A stretch of 64,000 nucleotides of DNA. Origin: Lama guanicoe. Lineage: Eukaryota. Location: the NCBI GenBank assembly GCA_013239625.1, contig MU054187.1:12131325-12195324 (forward strand). Reading direction: 5' to 3'. A program made the position numbers and the translations under genes. Shown here one piece after another: positions 38,391 to 52,214 of this stretch. Position 1 is the first letter of the stretch; every line of letters starts with the position of its first letter. The notes beneath the pieces are model-generated. The model saw nothing but the letters and a program-made list of their open reading frames with translations. It did no database searches and was not told the origin of the DNA.

Positions 38391-39285
38391 CTGGACATAC
38401 TTTTGAGAAGTGCTGGTCTACACTACCTGCTCCGAAACTTAATGGACTGCACTGCAGTTAACCCTTCCACCAGAGTAGAGGAGCAGAAAGGAGGCCCAGG
38501 CAACTCAGATGTGCTCTTTCTTAGGAGTTCTTGTTAGGAGTTTAAAGCTAGTGTTTAAGCTAATGACATGAGCTCTTTAACGATTTGACTGTCATTATCT
38601 GTAGACCTGTTTACATTTCAACTGTAATTTTCTATTGATTTCACGGCTTTGTTGTTGTTGTTGTTTAACGGTGTTTTTGAGTTTATTTAAAGGATCAGAG
38701 AAACTCAGCGACACAATGAAGCTCATAGAGCCTTATTTCGAGCTCAAAAGCCAGGTGCCCTTCAGTGAAGAATGAGGATAAATGAAGTTTCTGGATAGAA
38801 GGGATTTATTATTCTGATTTTTAAATGAATGAATCATTAGTTTTAAAACTTCCCAGGTTCTTTTTGCATGGAAACTGGCCATTTTTTAGCATTTTTCATG
38901 CAAGCCTCAAATTATGTGAATTTATGTTTATGGAACACACATTAGTTCCAAGTAAATTCTCTGTAGAAAGGCAAGATTAATGTCACCTTTCAGAAACAAT
39001 AAACCAAAATGTGCTGAGCAATTAAACTGGGAAAGAAAACCGATGCTGGGGGGTAGAATCTGTATGATCTTGTCAAAACAATCCTGGCATCTTCCTGTTA
39101 GCTTCCTGATTTAGCTCTGACTCATTGTTAGTATCTAAGAATATGAAAAAGTACATAAACATCAACTTATCTGAATTATACTAATGTACACGATAAGAGG
39201 AAGGTTAATATGTCAATGATTAAGAAAATGATCTCAAGGTGTGAGTTGCACATACCATTAATTTTTTGTTAATAATGGTTTTACT

Positions 39286-39369
39286 TTGTGCTGAACACTG
39301 GAATTTGACACAACATTGTAAAATGATTATAAATCAATAAAAAATGTAAAAAAAAAAGAATGAAAAAAA
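39286..39369 (+). mobile_element. Very short young L1 3'-end insertion with perfect 15-bp TSD, at the edge of an older minus-strand L1MB-like fragment (~39385-39650)
   Basis: TSD aataatggttttact at 39271-39285 and 39370-39384; AATAAA plus poly(A). Confidence 0.85.
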
Positions 39370-40183
39370 AATAATGGTTTTACTGAGATACAATTCACAT
39401 ACCATATAATTAGCCCATTTAGAGTGTATGATTCAGTGGGTGTTAGTGTATCTGCAAAGCTGTACAATCATCACAGTGATCAATTTTAGGACATTTTCAT
39501 TCCTCCAAAAAAGAAACCCCATGACCATGAGGAGTCACTCCCCAGAACCCCCTCCAGAAACCCAACCCAGGGAAACCACTAATCTACTTTCTTTCCCTCC
39601 AGATCTGCCTATTCTGGGTATTATGTACGGATGGTATCACAGAATGTATCAAACCATTAATTTTAATAATACGTGAACTGTATCCAAATAGAATTCCAGT
39701 GATCCTTACATTTTGTGAGATGTTCTGTAAGACCCTGCACCTTCAGTGAGGACCTGGGAGAGCTGGCTTTCATAGTCTAGGGCCGTGGCCCAGGAATCTG
39801 CATCTTAATGTCCTGAGATGATTCTGAAGACCATGAAGACTTAGAAATCACTGCTGTATCACTGTAATACTTCTTTAAAATATCATCTATACTACATTCA
39901 CAGTGTTACACTCTAATTCACTCCCCATAAAAGTTGAAATTAGAGAATTTAATGAGAATAAAACATCACAAAGGTAGTGGGTTCCTCATGTAACTGGAAA
40001 ACCTGCAACTTTATGATTCTATGATCCTACGCAGAGTTCCAGCAAAAGCCTACTTGTGACAGCTTGACACGGGCGATTACCTAAACTGCAAATAGGAGCA
40101 CGTCTGGACAGAACGTAGGGAGCTGCTCCTCTCCTCTAAGAAAGCATAAAGATGAAGAGCACAGAGCACGGGAACTACCTTAC

Positions 40184-40399
40184 CTATATTCATGACCTGA
40201 GGCTGCAGCATCTGTCTTTGGCCAGGCTGGCTGTTGGGTCTCATGGGGATGCTGGCTGTTGGGTTCCGAATCATACCTCCTTGGATCGGCCGGTTCATGG
40301 CACTGGTGGTAGCAGCACAGGTGACTCGCACAGCAGAACTCTGTGGTGCCCATTCCCCAGCTGGCATAGTGGGCCGGGCGGCATTACTACCAATCATGC
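40184..40399 (-). CDS. NCOA2: NCOA2 exon 14 equivalent
   Basis: [27 protein letters not shown]...QVMNI; acceptor cctgcag|, donor G|gtaagg; 216 nt. Confidence 0.97.
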
Positions 40400-42969
40400 C
40401 TGCAGGCAAGCCAGAGAACTGAGAGGTGCAGAGACTGGAAACATAGTCAGCACGTATGAACGCCAGATGCTCTTACTCTGTACACAACAACTGTTCTTAA
40501 CATACAGCCCGACAGCAAACGCCCTCCCCGGGACAGACGTGGGCCCTTGGCTAAGAAATATGAATTGGCAATTACTACGAAGTTTTTCACAACATGGACT
40601 TGCCACTCTTTACAGTTCGGAAAAGCTGTTAAAATTGTTCCCATATGTACTTAGAAACAGGTGCTGTGGCGTGTGGATAACCCCAACTTCCTTCCTCAGG
40701 AAGTGAATCACATTAGCTGACATACACGTCAACACTTTACTTTCCAAAAGGGAGGTAAGGCTAAGAGGAACAAGGTAAAAACTGATAATCAATACTCTAA
40801 TTATAAACCCAATTCACAGAGAATATCCCACGAAGCCTAGGCCAGCCTTTAAATCCGCAAATCCCTCTCAGAGCATGACTACTGGTTAAGCTTCAAAGCT
40901 GACCAAGGCAGCCTCGGAAGCAGGGCAAACGACAGGGTCTCTCCACTCCAGTTCTTTATGGCCAAGGCCAGGGAGCTCCCAGCACCTCGGTGAACCTGGA
41001 CCACCGCATTCCTGATGGCAGAGATCTAGGGCGGGGTGCGGCAGACTTGTGAAAATCCTTCTACACTTGAGACAGTAACAGCTGTTCGACCACACGGACC
41101 AGGGAGAAAAGCACAGCACTGCCGGGCAGATCACATGTTTGCTCTCTCTCGTCGGGCCCCTCCCAGGGAGGCTGGCACTGGCCAAACATTGCTAAGCCCT
41201 GATATCCTAAAGGGGAACGACCCCAGGGGAGTCAAAGTGTTCAGTGATGGATGTGTGAAAGTTCCACTTTCAAATGCGTGGCTTGTTTTCATTTATTTTA
41301 ATTACGATAAACAACTGAAAACAGGGTTTATTTAAGAAATGGAGAGAACATGTATTGTGGGTGGGTTTTCATTGGTAAAATGAGAATGCGCTACATTAGG
41401 ATGATTGAGAGTGAAGGGTAATTAATTAGACTGAACAAGTTAGAACAGTATTATATTAATACATATTTAAAAAATCATTTTAAGGCTAGATTTGAACTAT
41501 ACTAAGATACGGGAGAAAAGGCATTTTATTTTTCAAAAACATCTATTACCTAATTAATATGACAAAATTATAGAAGTCTAGGAACAAGGGAAAATCATCC
41601 ATAATTCAAAAACATTAATGCAATTATAACCAGGGTAGTCTCTTTCGGGTTTTTTCTTTTTGCAACAAAGCACAGGCATTGTACGATCTTCACAGCCTGG
41701 ATGCCAGTCATCTCCAGGCTGCCCAGATTTGAATACAGGTCCATCCCCAAATTCCTAGATTCCGACCTGACCCAGATCTTTTTGCATTCCACCAACTGGG
41801 AGCCACCTTTAATAAATCACTGGCTCCTTTTCTCTTATATAATTTCACAATTAATATTTTAATCATATAAAAACAGTACTTTTTTCTTTTAAAAAATGAT
41901 ATAAAAATTGTTGAGTGAATCAACTATTTTCATACAACATAGTTCATACTTCCCATGAATTGCTTACCAACAATATAAAGTTAAAAAAAATCCATCTTTT
42001 CCCCTTAAATTGAACTCTCAGTTTCAGTTAACTATCCCAATGGCAATGTGCATACAGGGATTAGATACTAAGCTAAAAAAAATACCAAGAATTAAAACCC
42101 ACGAGTGTAAGTTCTTTTTATAACACCTGTTTCTTTCAACATCTTTGTCTCCATCACCTCATTTTGACAAAGGAAGAAAGCTGTAAACCGTGAGAAGTTC
42201 ATTAAAAAACTTAGCATCCTGCTGTATCTGTGATAAACAGATATTACAGGGTACAGGACGCAGTGGTAATAGCAACTAATGCTGCCGCAATGATTTCTAA
42301 CCTGCAGTGGATGGAGGACTGGGAACACGGCAGCTGCCAGGGCAGAGGCTACCACTTAGGAATATGCAAATTGGCAGACACCTTAAGTCATTACGGGTCA
42401 AGATCCTAACCAGATCACAGGCAAATTCATACATCTTCAAAAATGGAGCCCCTGGATTAGTAACTATTATGCCAGGCGTATTACCATTTAAAGTTCTTTA
42501 TTTTTAATTAGTATTTTTCAGAATGAGAATCGTTATCACTGATGAGCATAACAGGTTGGCTGCATTTTGAACTTTCATTCTGAAATTCGCTAAATACAAA
42601 CTATCGATTAAGAGGAAGTTTGGGGGTTATCAGTAGATTACCACGAGAAGCCAGCGACCACCAAATTATCTTACACGTACTGCTACAATGTCTAGAATAG
42701 TAACTGGAATAGACGTGAAATAAATCTACGCTACAGGATTAATGATTAGAAACCTTGTAAAAGTAACAAGCACAGAACAAAACGGTCAGCTTACTGGAAT
42801 GTTTTCCACTGCCTCTCACGGTGAAAACTGGCCGAATTTTCTTACATTCAAATGTTAGTTCCTAACGTTAAAAAATTCACTTGAAGAATCCTACTAGTTT
42901 GATGTGGATGAAATACATCAACAGTTAAATAACCCACCAATAAAGTTAACAGTGCATTTGAGCCCTTAC

Positions 42970-43176
42970 CTGTACTACTGTTCCCTAAGTTTCCTTGGTT
43001 TCCTATCATCCCTTGATTACCCATCATTCCTGGCTGAGGTATCACTGAGTAGGGACTATTGTTTCTGATTGGTGGGAAAGGTCCAGCACCAGTTGGGCTT
43101 TGCAATGTGATGTCAAGTGGTAAATTCTGGTTTGGCAATAACCTGCCCAGTTGCCCTGGTCGTGGGTTATTAAAAG
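42970..43176 (-). CDS. NCOA2: NCOA2 exon 13 equivalent (frame-preserving cassette-type exon)
   Basis: [31 protein letters not shown]...GNLGNSST; acceptor ctccttag|, donor G|gtaagg; 207 nt, phase 1-1. Confidence 0.97.
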
Positions 43177-45300
43177 CTAAGGAGAAAACAAATGAAAATT
43201 GAAGGTTAATATAGGATAATGGAAAAGAATAGTAACAGAAGTAGTGTTTAGGGAAAATGTCATTTGTAATATAATAAAGCTATGCAGTCAGGGACCAATT
43301 GCCTACATAAAAGACAAATTCACAGACGAAAAACGTATGTGGCACCAAAATACAGACTCACAATCTAATCGACAGTCTCTTATTCTTGACAGCCTTGCAA
43401 AACAAAAAAGGGAAAAAAAAGAGAACATGTCTATCACTTACCATAAATTTTTCTCCAATACTTACTTCTAATATTCAATTCTATTTGCTAAGTAAACTAC
43501 TAATATGTTTTTTCCCACATGTTATATTATTTGAACTTTGGAATATTGCTTTGTCAGAGCTGTGAAGCCATAAACATTTCCCACATATAGCACCAAATGC
43601 AGACATACATGTGGTTTGGACATGAGAATATCATTTTCTTAACAGGACTTTCCTAAGGCTAGAGTTAGGCTAAACATGTCTACTCTCATTGGAATTTAAA
43701 ATCCTTAAGTGTGAACTCTGGTACCTGAAGTCAGTATTAAAGCTTTAGGGCCCTGTTTCATCTTCTCAACAGAGCTTCTTACAGTTTCAGACACACATTT
43801 ACATTTGAAATAATTCCTAGGGTTGGTTCACAGGAATGTCTAGTGTGTAGGTACTACACCAGGGCACCATACTATCACACAGACAACCAGTAATTTGACA
43901 ATTGTTTTAAAAGTACAAAGATACAGTTAATTACAATTCATAGAGCTAATGTATCAAATAATATCAAGTACTTTATTTTCCCTAAATTATAGGAGCACAG
44001 TACGAAACAGAATATTTACTCCTAACGATCAATCAAAGAAATGAAATATTTAGAAGACTTAGGGTTTGGAATACAAAATTATGTACATGCTTAATCATGA
44101 CTTCCTCAGTTTAGTTACCTGGTTACTGCTCACTTGTCTGAATACAATCGGGAGGTACAGACGGAGGAACAACCATGCGTTCCCACGCAGCCTTCCATTA
44201 ACTCCTCTGCGTAATGAGCATAAACTGGCTAGTGTGTTTCTTACTCACTTCTGAGCTTTCTGACTTTGTGATCTCTCATGGGCCATAAGTAACCCTCAAA
44301 TTCCTAAGAAATAGGCAGGTTTTGACAGATAGCAAATAAAAACTCTGTTTTGTTTTACTTTTTTTCTGAATGATCAGGAATCGTGAGAAAGGATCTATTA
44401 ACTGAAGATATTTTGTGACTTGGCTGATGGTTGCCATTTCTGATTTGAGAACAGATGCTAAGCTTTGGGTCAAACTGTATTTTAAGAGGGGAAAATCATT
44501 CTGTTCACCAATTTAACACTAAAGAGGTTCTCTGTCTTTCTACAAATTATGTCCCTGGCACAGGAAACATTATTTTCTTCCACTCAAAAGCAGTGGACAC
44601 CTTTAACTACCCAGTTTTGTAAACTAAGTGTCCACAATGAAGAAAGACTTCATCTTCAACTCACAAATATATAAAATAAAAATAATAAAAGAAGCGATAA
44701 AAAATGTATTTTATAAAAGTCTACGGTCTTCCAGCTTTATATCACACTAATGAAACTTAAAATGCACTTAGAAAACATTTTATGATAAAGTTCCATGTGA
44801 AATTGATACCTGTATGAGAATTCCTAAGGGGCAGGACAAGTTATTTTTGATGTGTGTGTGTGTAGCCCTTTCATGTGTAATGATTAAATATTTTGGTAAG
44901 AATATTTTTAGTTCCTAAAAAGTCAGCATAACTTTCTAAGTTTCTGTATTGTAAGTATTCAGTCACATATTTAGCCACACAAAAATCTATTTTAAACTCC
45001 ATTTGTGAAGGCAGTTAACTGAAATGAAGGGAAACATGACAATCATCTGAAGAACCTTATCTATGCAGGTCTGTCTGACTCCGCGTTGATGAAATTAACC
45101 ACCAGACTGTGTGCAGGAGGGCCACATTCCCTAGAATCCATTCTCCATACTGCCTAGAAGGGCCAGGACAGTAGATGGTGCTATTTGACCATAAAAACCT
45201 TGAAGTGACTAAGCTGTTTGCATCAGATTTTAGTAATCCCTGTTTCTGATGGTGATTACATGGGAATTTCTTGCCATAACCACCAATATCTCATACTCAC

Positions 45301-45511
45301 TGCTCTGTGAAATTCGCAGTGCTGTTTTCTGGGCTCCGACAGGTGTAACCGGGCTGTTCTCGGCTGTGAGTTGCATGAGGTCATTGATGATGGCTTGCTT
45401 GTCCACTGATCCGGCGGGGGCGCCTGGCCTCGTGTCTGGGAAAAGCTGTGGTAACTGACTATTCTGCAAATCATCCAAAATCTCCTCCAAGTTGTCCAGC
45501 TCACTGCCAGG
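45301..45511 (-). CDS. NCOA2: NCOA2 exon 12 equivalent
   Basis: [30 protein letters not shown]...ALRISQS; acceptor accgcag|, donor A|gtgagt; 211 nt. Confidence 0.97.
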
Positions 45512-48500
45512 CTGCGGTTAACAAACAGAGGAGTTTATCCAGTCCTATGCAAAGAGTGGGCGCAGCAGGCCCGTTTGCAATTACAGACCTACCCCGTATG
45601 ATGTAAGGCACCAGAGCCAAATAAAAGACGCAGACCCACGGGGACGCAGGCCTAACTGATCATTTTTTTAAAAAAACTAAATAGACAAAGGACAAATAAT
45701 TAGCTCTTGGTCCTCAATTTCCTCATCTGTAAAAACAGAGAGGACTGATTTAGAGAGGAAGCCCTCCCCCAGCACTGTGACTCACTGGCAATTTATAAAT
45801 AACCCTTTATTTTCTGCTAATAATTCAATTATTCACGAGTATGTGTATTTCTAATTAGCCGTAAGGGTACTATGACTTACAGCCCAGGTCCAGGTTTTGT
45901 GGCTAACTTTCCCGAATAAATAACAAAAACCCAGCAGAAAATATGACCCAAATTTATACTAAATCAGTATTTAGTAAATGATCATTTCCTTTTAGAAAGA
46001 ACTTTGTTTTTTGTTTTTGTTTTTTAAGAGCAAGGGGTAAAATGCATGGTGAGCCTGAAGTAACCCTGAATAGCTCGGCACTGCCTTTTCCATTTGAGTG
46101 TTTTTTCCCGCTTACACTTTCAGTTTCGAATGACACTGGCTTTCTCAGTCACTCCCCAGTTCAGGTGACAAGCGCAGAGAAGTAGCATAACAACAGGCTG
46201 TCCCCAAGCACAGCATCTACTACTAATGTGACTTTACAGAAGCCATAGAAATGTTTCTTACGGCTTTTTCCGGTATTAAAATAATTTCATTTCAATTACC
46301 AACATTAAAACAAGGTACGTTATTACCATTTCATACGCAGCGCTTTTCTTCCAGAGAGCTCAACTGAATTTATGTTCTTTTAAGTAGAACCTACCTACGT
46401 GCCAAGTACTTAAAAATCAGACAGCACAACCACACAAGAAAATGGCTAAGTTAAATGCCAGGACAACTTTCCGGTGAAGAGAGCGGTAAGAACGATTCTC
46501 TTGATGTGTAGGTGGAAAAACACACAAGTTAGGCAATTTCCCCAAAGTCACTGGATGGACTTTGAATTCTTGACCATGACTAACACTTTTGTCTACACTG
46601 GCAATTCACATGAAATCATTTACATCTGGTGGGAGGTATACTTAAAGCAGAACGGCTCACAGTTTTATCCTACACCCAAGGAGCTGGATTTACTAAGGTT
46701 TTTGCAATTTATCGCAAATGTAATATCTACACAGGAAGTCTTTTGACTGGACATATTTCTCAAGTTAGAAAGGATAAAATGAAGTGATATTTTATCTGAT
46801 TCTACTCATAGCCAACTAACTTAGCAAGAACTTGGAGAGCCATTTTCCAGGGAATTCCTATCACATTGTTAGGAGCAACTACAAGACCATTTTCTAGTTA
46901 ATTTAGCTACCCGTTTCTGACAAAAGAGGGAGGGATCAAATCTGGGAGAGAGACATCTTAGGCAAGGGTTAGGTTCCAGTTAGCACCCTAAAACATAGAC
47001 AGACACAGACAAAATGATCCTGAGAACAGCTCAGGAGAGAGCCTTCCTGAATGCCCCCTCCAAGGGCAACACAGCCAGCTTTCCCTCCAGGATGGAAGCA
47101 CATCCCTGCTTCTTTGGCTGAGTCCAAAATGATGAAGTTTACATGGGGGTCACGCTGCACTTAAAAACCTGAGCTGCAGCCTTGCACTGCTGGAGCTTCA
47201 TGGGAACCAAAACCCAGTCCCATCTCGTCCTCACTGCATGATCAGTCCGCTAGGGCCCGAGCGCTCTGGGGTCAACGGTGGGCAAGACTGCTCACACTAC
47301 TGAGCCATTTAGTATCCACCTCTTTACTTTCTGAATGTGTATGGACGATTCTGTGCAAGTTAAATGTATGCGTAAAGTCACACTGCAAATCTGCCGTTAC
47401 CATGTTTTGCTGAATACGTATGGTGCAAACATCAGTGCCAACGTTTACTGCCCTCCAAGGACAGGGCCTGGGACACAGAAATGGACACTTAGTCAACCCG
47501 ATGAGTTCCTTTAACCATGTTAACCTGTAATTTAAAAAAACTTCCCAGAATCAACTCAGTTTGTCACAGAAATTCCTATAGTTTCTCAGAAAAAAGTTTC
47601 ATACACATTTGATAAATATCCTTATAGTTGTGTCATGAAAACAGCTACAGAGGTTAAGAAAGAGGTTCTAATAAACTGTGAAGTTTATCGCTGTCCTAGG
47701 AAACCAGCCTTCCCTAGTACTAACGCTGTCTCAGGTAGAGTATTTTGAAACATGGACCTTGAAATTCATCGCGTGTGGAGGGGTGAGAAGGGTGCGCTAT
47801 AAGCTGTTTCTTAAGAAAGCTTTGCAGAACGCCTTGAATCCAAAATAAATAAATAGGTTCATATAAACAATAATAAAGCATATTATTTTCTTCAGTGGAG
47901 GCTCTTATATTTACTCCCAATCCCAGACGTGTGTAAAGAAAGCTCTTACAATACAGATTAACAGTCTGGCCTAGACTCCCACCTCTCCTTCTTTCACTCT
48001 TTTCACACAAATTAAATTATACTTTAAACCATCTTGAATGGTTTGAAAAACACTGAAAAACTTGAAAAACAACTATGATAGTTTCAAAGAGTTCTAATGA
48101 TAGGATTCACAAGTCTCACTTTGTGATCTACTCTCACGTCTAACATAAGGAATTTAAAATAAACCTAAAGTTACTCTATATATACAAATATATATTAAAA
48201 TATATTTAGATGGTTTAAATCAATTTATTGGTTCTTTACTTCAAATAATTAGATCATATAAAATCCATGACTTTCCTTGGTTGATTTTTATTTTTCAAAA
48301 GCATGTATTAAAACTGACTTTCAAATTTTAACCTTTATCATTTTAAGAGTTGACCAAATTCAACTGTGGATCAGTCTAGCTTTGACAGGTAACTAAACAC
48401 TTACTTATCTGAAGAAAGCCATACAGGAACTTCTTGGTGTACTATATTCAGACGGAATTGGTTCTTTGGAGACCCATAACTATGAACGCTATTTGAATTC

Positions 48501-49983
48501 ATTCAGTTTTTCAGAAAAAGGCATTGTGAGATAATGCATTTCCCCACTAGAGATAATATGGCTTTGCTTGTGTTCATTTCTGGTCCATTTTTGCAGTACA
48601 CATGTAAATTTATCCAGTGGTCTTAAATTTTACCTTAAATGTTCTTCAAGGAGAGTATCTATATGCCTTTGGTTGTCTAGCAATAAAATTTGACGACTAT
48701 GGTATTTTCTTCTGCAGTTCATGTAAGTTCTGAAAGAGCTGGATTTGATCACACTAAGTTTCTGATCAAACATTCTACTCCTAAATTTTTGTAAGCTTTA
48801 ATTCTCATCACAAGTTCTTCGAGTTCCTATCCACTTTGTTAGGCATGATTTCTTCACAAGACAAAAAGATTAATGCCTTCCTTTCAAATGCTTTGCCAAG
48901 ATACTTCAAAGTTTTGCTTAGGCATCTATTCGAATGCTCAAATTAGCCACATCAATTTGAATAGTTGGTTTAAACTATTTCAGGCAGAAAATGAGTCAGA
49001 AAGATTTTTGTAAAAGTTCTACAAAATGCAAATTGAACTTGATTTCTGTAATTTTTCATTTTTCTGGTTTTATGAATTTTTCATGTGTCAAATCATTTTG
49101 TTCTCTGAAGGAAATATAAAGAACATATGCATGTATTCTAATAAATTACAAAACAGCGTTTCAAAATTTTAAAAGAGAAAGTATGATTTTACCACATCTG
49201 CCTAACATAAAATTGTTTTAAAAAATGATAACAATTCTACCTCATTCGGAGGGAAAAATCTCAGGACACTACCAGTTTAAAATATGGCTTGCTTTTCTAA
49301 TGGAGCCAAATAACAAGGAATTCTTTTTAGACTACTTCTAAACGCTCACCATAAGTGGCTCAGTAGTATTAAGAAAAGAACTAAGAGTATCATTTTAGTT
49401 AGCATCATTTACACATGCTCCATTGTATAAAAACATAACTTACAGGTTGGTAAACATTGGACCTTTTTCTGCCCTTGTTTTCCTGCTGGTTGTGAAACAC
49501 TGTAGAAACAAATGCTGTTCAAATACTCTACCCAGTGAAGAATGCTATTTTAGGTATAACAGCACCATCGAATTACTTCCTGCCCTTAATAAGTCAGTGA
49601 TAGGTCAAACACACACTCCGTTAATGGCTCTTCTCTGAATCAAAGTAACAAGACTCTGCAATTCACGCTCGTTAAAAGTTTATCTGACTAAAAATGTGTT
49701 CCCTTGAAAGGAAACGAAAGGAAAGTCTTCAGTAAACAAGTATGGGGGTTGGTAGGAGATCCAATCAATCTGTACTTGGAGGTAAAAGAATCCCTGCTTT
49801 TTTCTTTAAGTAACATTCTAACTTTGATCTAAATTTAGGTAACATGCTTCCTGTGGTAACCTTCTTTTCAAGTTTTAATGTTTTTGATGTTAAAATTGCT
49901 CTGCAGCAGTATTTTTTTGGTGGAGTTTTAAATGGGAATGGATGGAGGGTAAAACCAGGGACTGGGTTTCATTAAGAAAAAAC

Positions 49984-50023
49984 TGTGTGTGTTTGTGTGT
50001 GTGTGAGAGAGAGAGAGAGAGAG
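49984..50023. repeat. Compound (TG)n(AG)n microsatellite
   Basis: Seen directly. Confidence 0.9.
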
Positions 50024-51129
50024 GGAGATGGTTCCCCCCTTAAGTAACAGATCTGTGCTGATCACACTCTAGGCTTTGTGTTCCCAAGGTGAGGCAATTT
50101 AGACCAGAAAAATGTTTCTTTTAAACACCAATTAGAAACTGCAGGTGGCTCAAGGACTTTAAAAAGAAAAAGAAAAACCCCCAAACTTTTTTGTCAGTTT
50201 CTTGTATGAAATTAGTATAATCATACATCTAAATATGGAAATGCCAAACAGCATCCCCTTTCCCTGACCCTGTCAGTCCCGAGGGCCTCAGGCCTGGGAT
50301 AGAAGTACATTCTGTTTATGGAGGGAGGGGCCAGCCACTCAGCTGCCAAGCTAAGGTGGACCTCATGAGTCACCATCTTGCCCTCCAGCATGCGTCAGGA
50401 GACCTGAGTGACAGTGTCACTTGGAACTGCCACTAGCTCTGGGTATTTCAATCTACTAAACCTCAAAAGGTGACAATGTCCACAGCTGTCAATATGGTTT
50501 TACACTACATCCTACCCAAGATATTGTTATTAACTGTCTGCTGAGCTCCCAGCTTCCTCCGTCCAGTGATCTTAACAGCATTACAGAATAGCAGTCACAC
50601 GGAACTCCACACTCACATCCAAGTTTAAGGATTAAGCATCAAAGATGTTTACATAACTACACCGTGTTCGGGCACAAAGGCCTGAAGCCTCCTATCTGCC
50701 TCACAGGAGTGGAAGCAGCTGTCCAGATCGCAAAGTGAAAGAAAGACAGGAAGCTGCGTGCCCAGGACCTGGAAGGAGCCCGGCCTCAGAGCACACCCGG
50801 CCTCGCCCCCATCAGTGCTCTCCATCCTGGGGCCGCCCCAGTGGCCTCTGCCCAGGAGGTCCAAGGTTACCCTAAGTGGTGCTGCTCTCCCCTCTCCCAT
50901 CCACACTATGTCCCTGAAGACAGCCACAGCTAAAATGCTCACTTGCAACAGAAGTGCCGAGGACAAGTCAGCAAACAATTTTAAGCAGAAAGGGCATGCT
51001 GTGCCTTCACTTCTTAAGGCAGCGCTCGGGGGCTGTGGAGTTGATGGAGCCCTGGATCGTTAACCTGGCCGGTCGTCGATTTACCAGGAACTGCCTTGTG
51101 CCAAGCCATTACTGTCAGCAATAACTCAA

Positions 51130-51219
51130 TTTTTTTTTTTTTAAAGAGGTACTGGGAATTGAACCCAGGACCTTGGGCATGCTAACCATGTACTCTACCA
51201 CTGAGCTATACCCTCCCCC
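51130..51219 (-). mobile_element. tRNA-derived SINE (vic-1-like)
   Basis: Poly(T) followed by reverse-complement A/B boxes; flanking caataac repeat. Confidence 0.88.
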
Positions 51220-51679
51220 AATAACATTTTTTTTTTAAAGAAAGAAAAATATTAAACGGTTGCATTTCTCTGTGACGTCACTAATTCCTTATAGAGTGTC
51301 ATCTAGAATGATTCTGAGTATTATTTTAACAACCTTGGATTTTTTTCAAGAAATTAATTTTTCAGATGAGAACATAATGTGACCTGTTATTTCAGTTCTG
51401 TGTTTATATGTGATGGCTCAGATATACCAACTTGACCTCACCTTTCCTACTATCCATTTCTCCTTAGATACTTCTTATACTGATGGTCTACAAAATTCTT
51501 TAGCATTAATCAGAAGTTTTGGTTGCGAATAAAGACAGAGTGATCTTCATTTGGTTTGAAAACCAGTCAGACTGATCTTAAAAAGAGAGGAAGGTGAATA
51601 AGAAATAATTTAATTAAGCCTCTCCCGACAAAGCCCAGTTTCAAGGAAGTGATTATCTCCAATTTAGGTAACTTCTAAT

Positions 51680-52025
51680 AACAGGACTCAGAAAGCCACA
51701 GCTGGCCTGCCGGCTAAGTCCTGCCCACCACCTGTTTCTGCATGGCCCACGAGCTAAGAATGGATTTATATTTTTTAATAGTTGAAAATAAAAATCAAAA
51801 GAAGGGTATTTTGTGACACACGAAACTTGTATCAAATTCAAATATCAGTGCCTGTGGATAAATCTGATAGGGACAGAGCACACTTGTTTGCTTCTGCAAT
51901 GTCTAGGGCAGTTTTCATGCTGCAGTGACAGAACTGACCATCTGTGGCAGAGGCCACATGGCCTGCAAGGCCTAAAATATTACCCTTTGGCCCTTTACAG
52001 AATAAAAGTCAGCGTCCCCAGCTCT
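51680..52025. mobile_element. MER58B-like hAT-Charlie element
   Basis: ggcccacgagctaagaatggatttatattttt...aaattcaaatatcagtg...ggcctgcaaggcctaaaatattaccctttggccctttacag; flanked by ttctaata/gctctaga. Confidence 0.75.
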
Positions 52026-52214
52026 AGAACCGTGTCCCTCTTCACTGGACATTTGGAACATGCAGCTCCAGCGGGAATCAACTCTCTTTCAAACCAAGAA
52101 CGAGAGAGAAGGCTTATTTTTATCGAGTCACCTGAGGCCTCAGAATGCCCCTGTGGAGAAAATCCCTGACGGACACGGATTAGTACACTGGGCAGGACCC
52201 ATGACCAAACTTAC

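Larger units (their letters stand above)
37578..38415. mobile_element. hAT-family non-autonomous DNA transposon remnant containing two L1 insertions
   Basis: Starts CAG and ends CTG; 8-bp flanks atctagac/gtctacac fit the hAT NTCTAGAN target. Confidence 0.55.
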
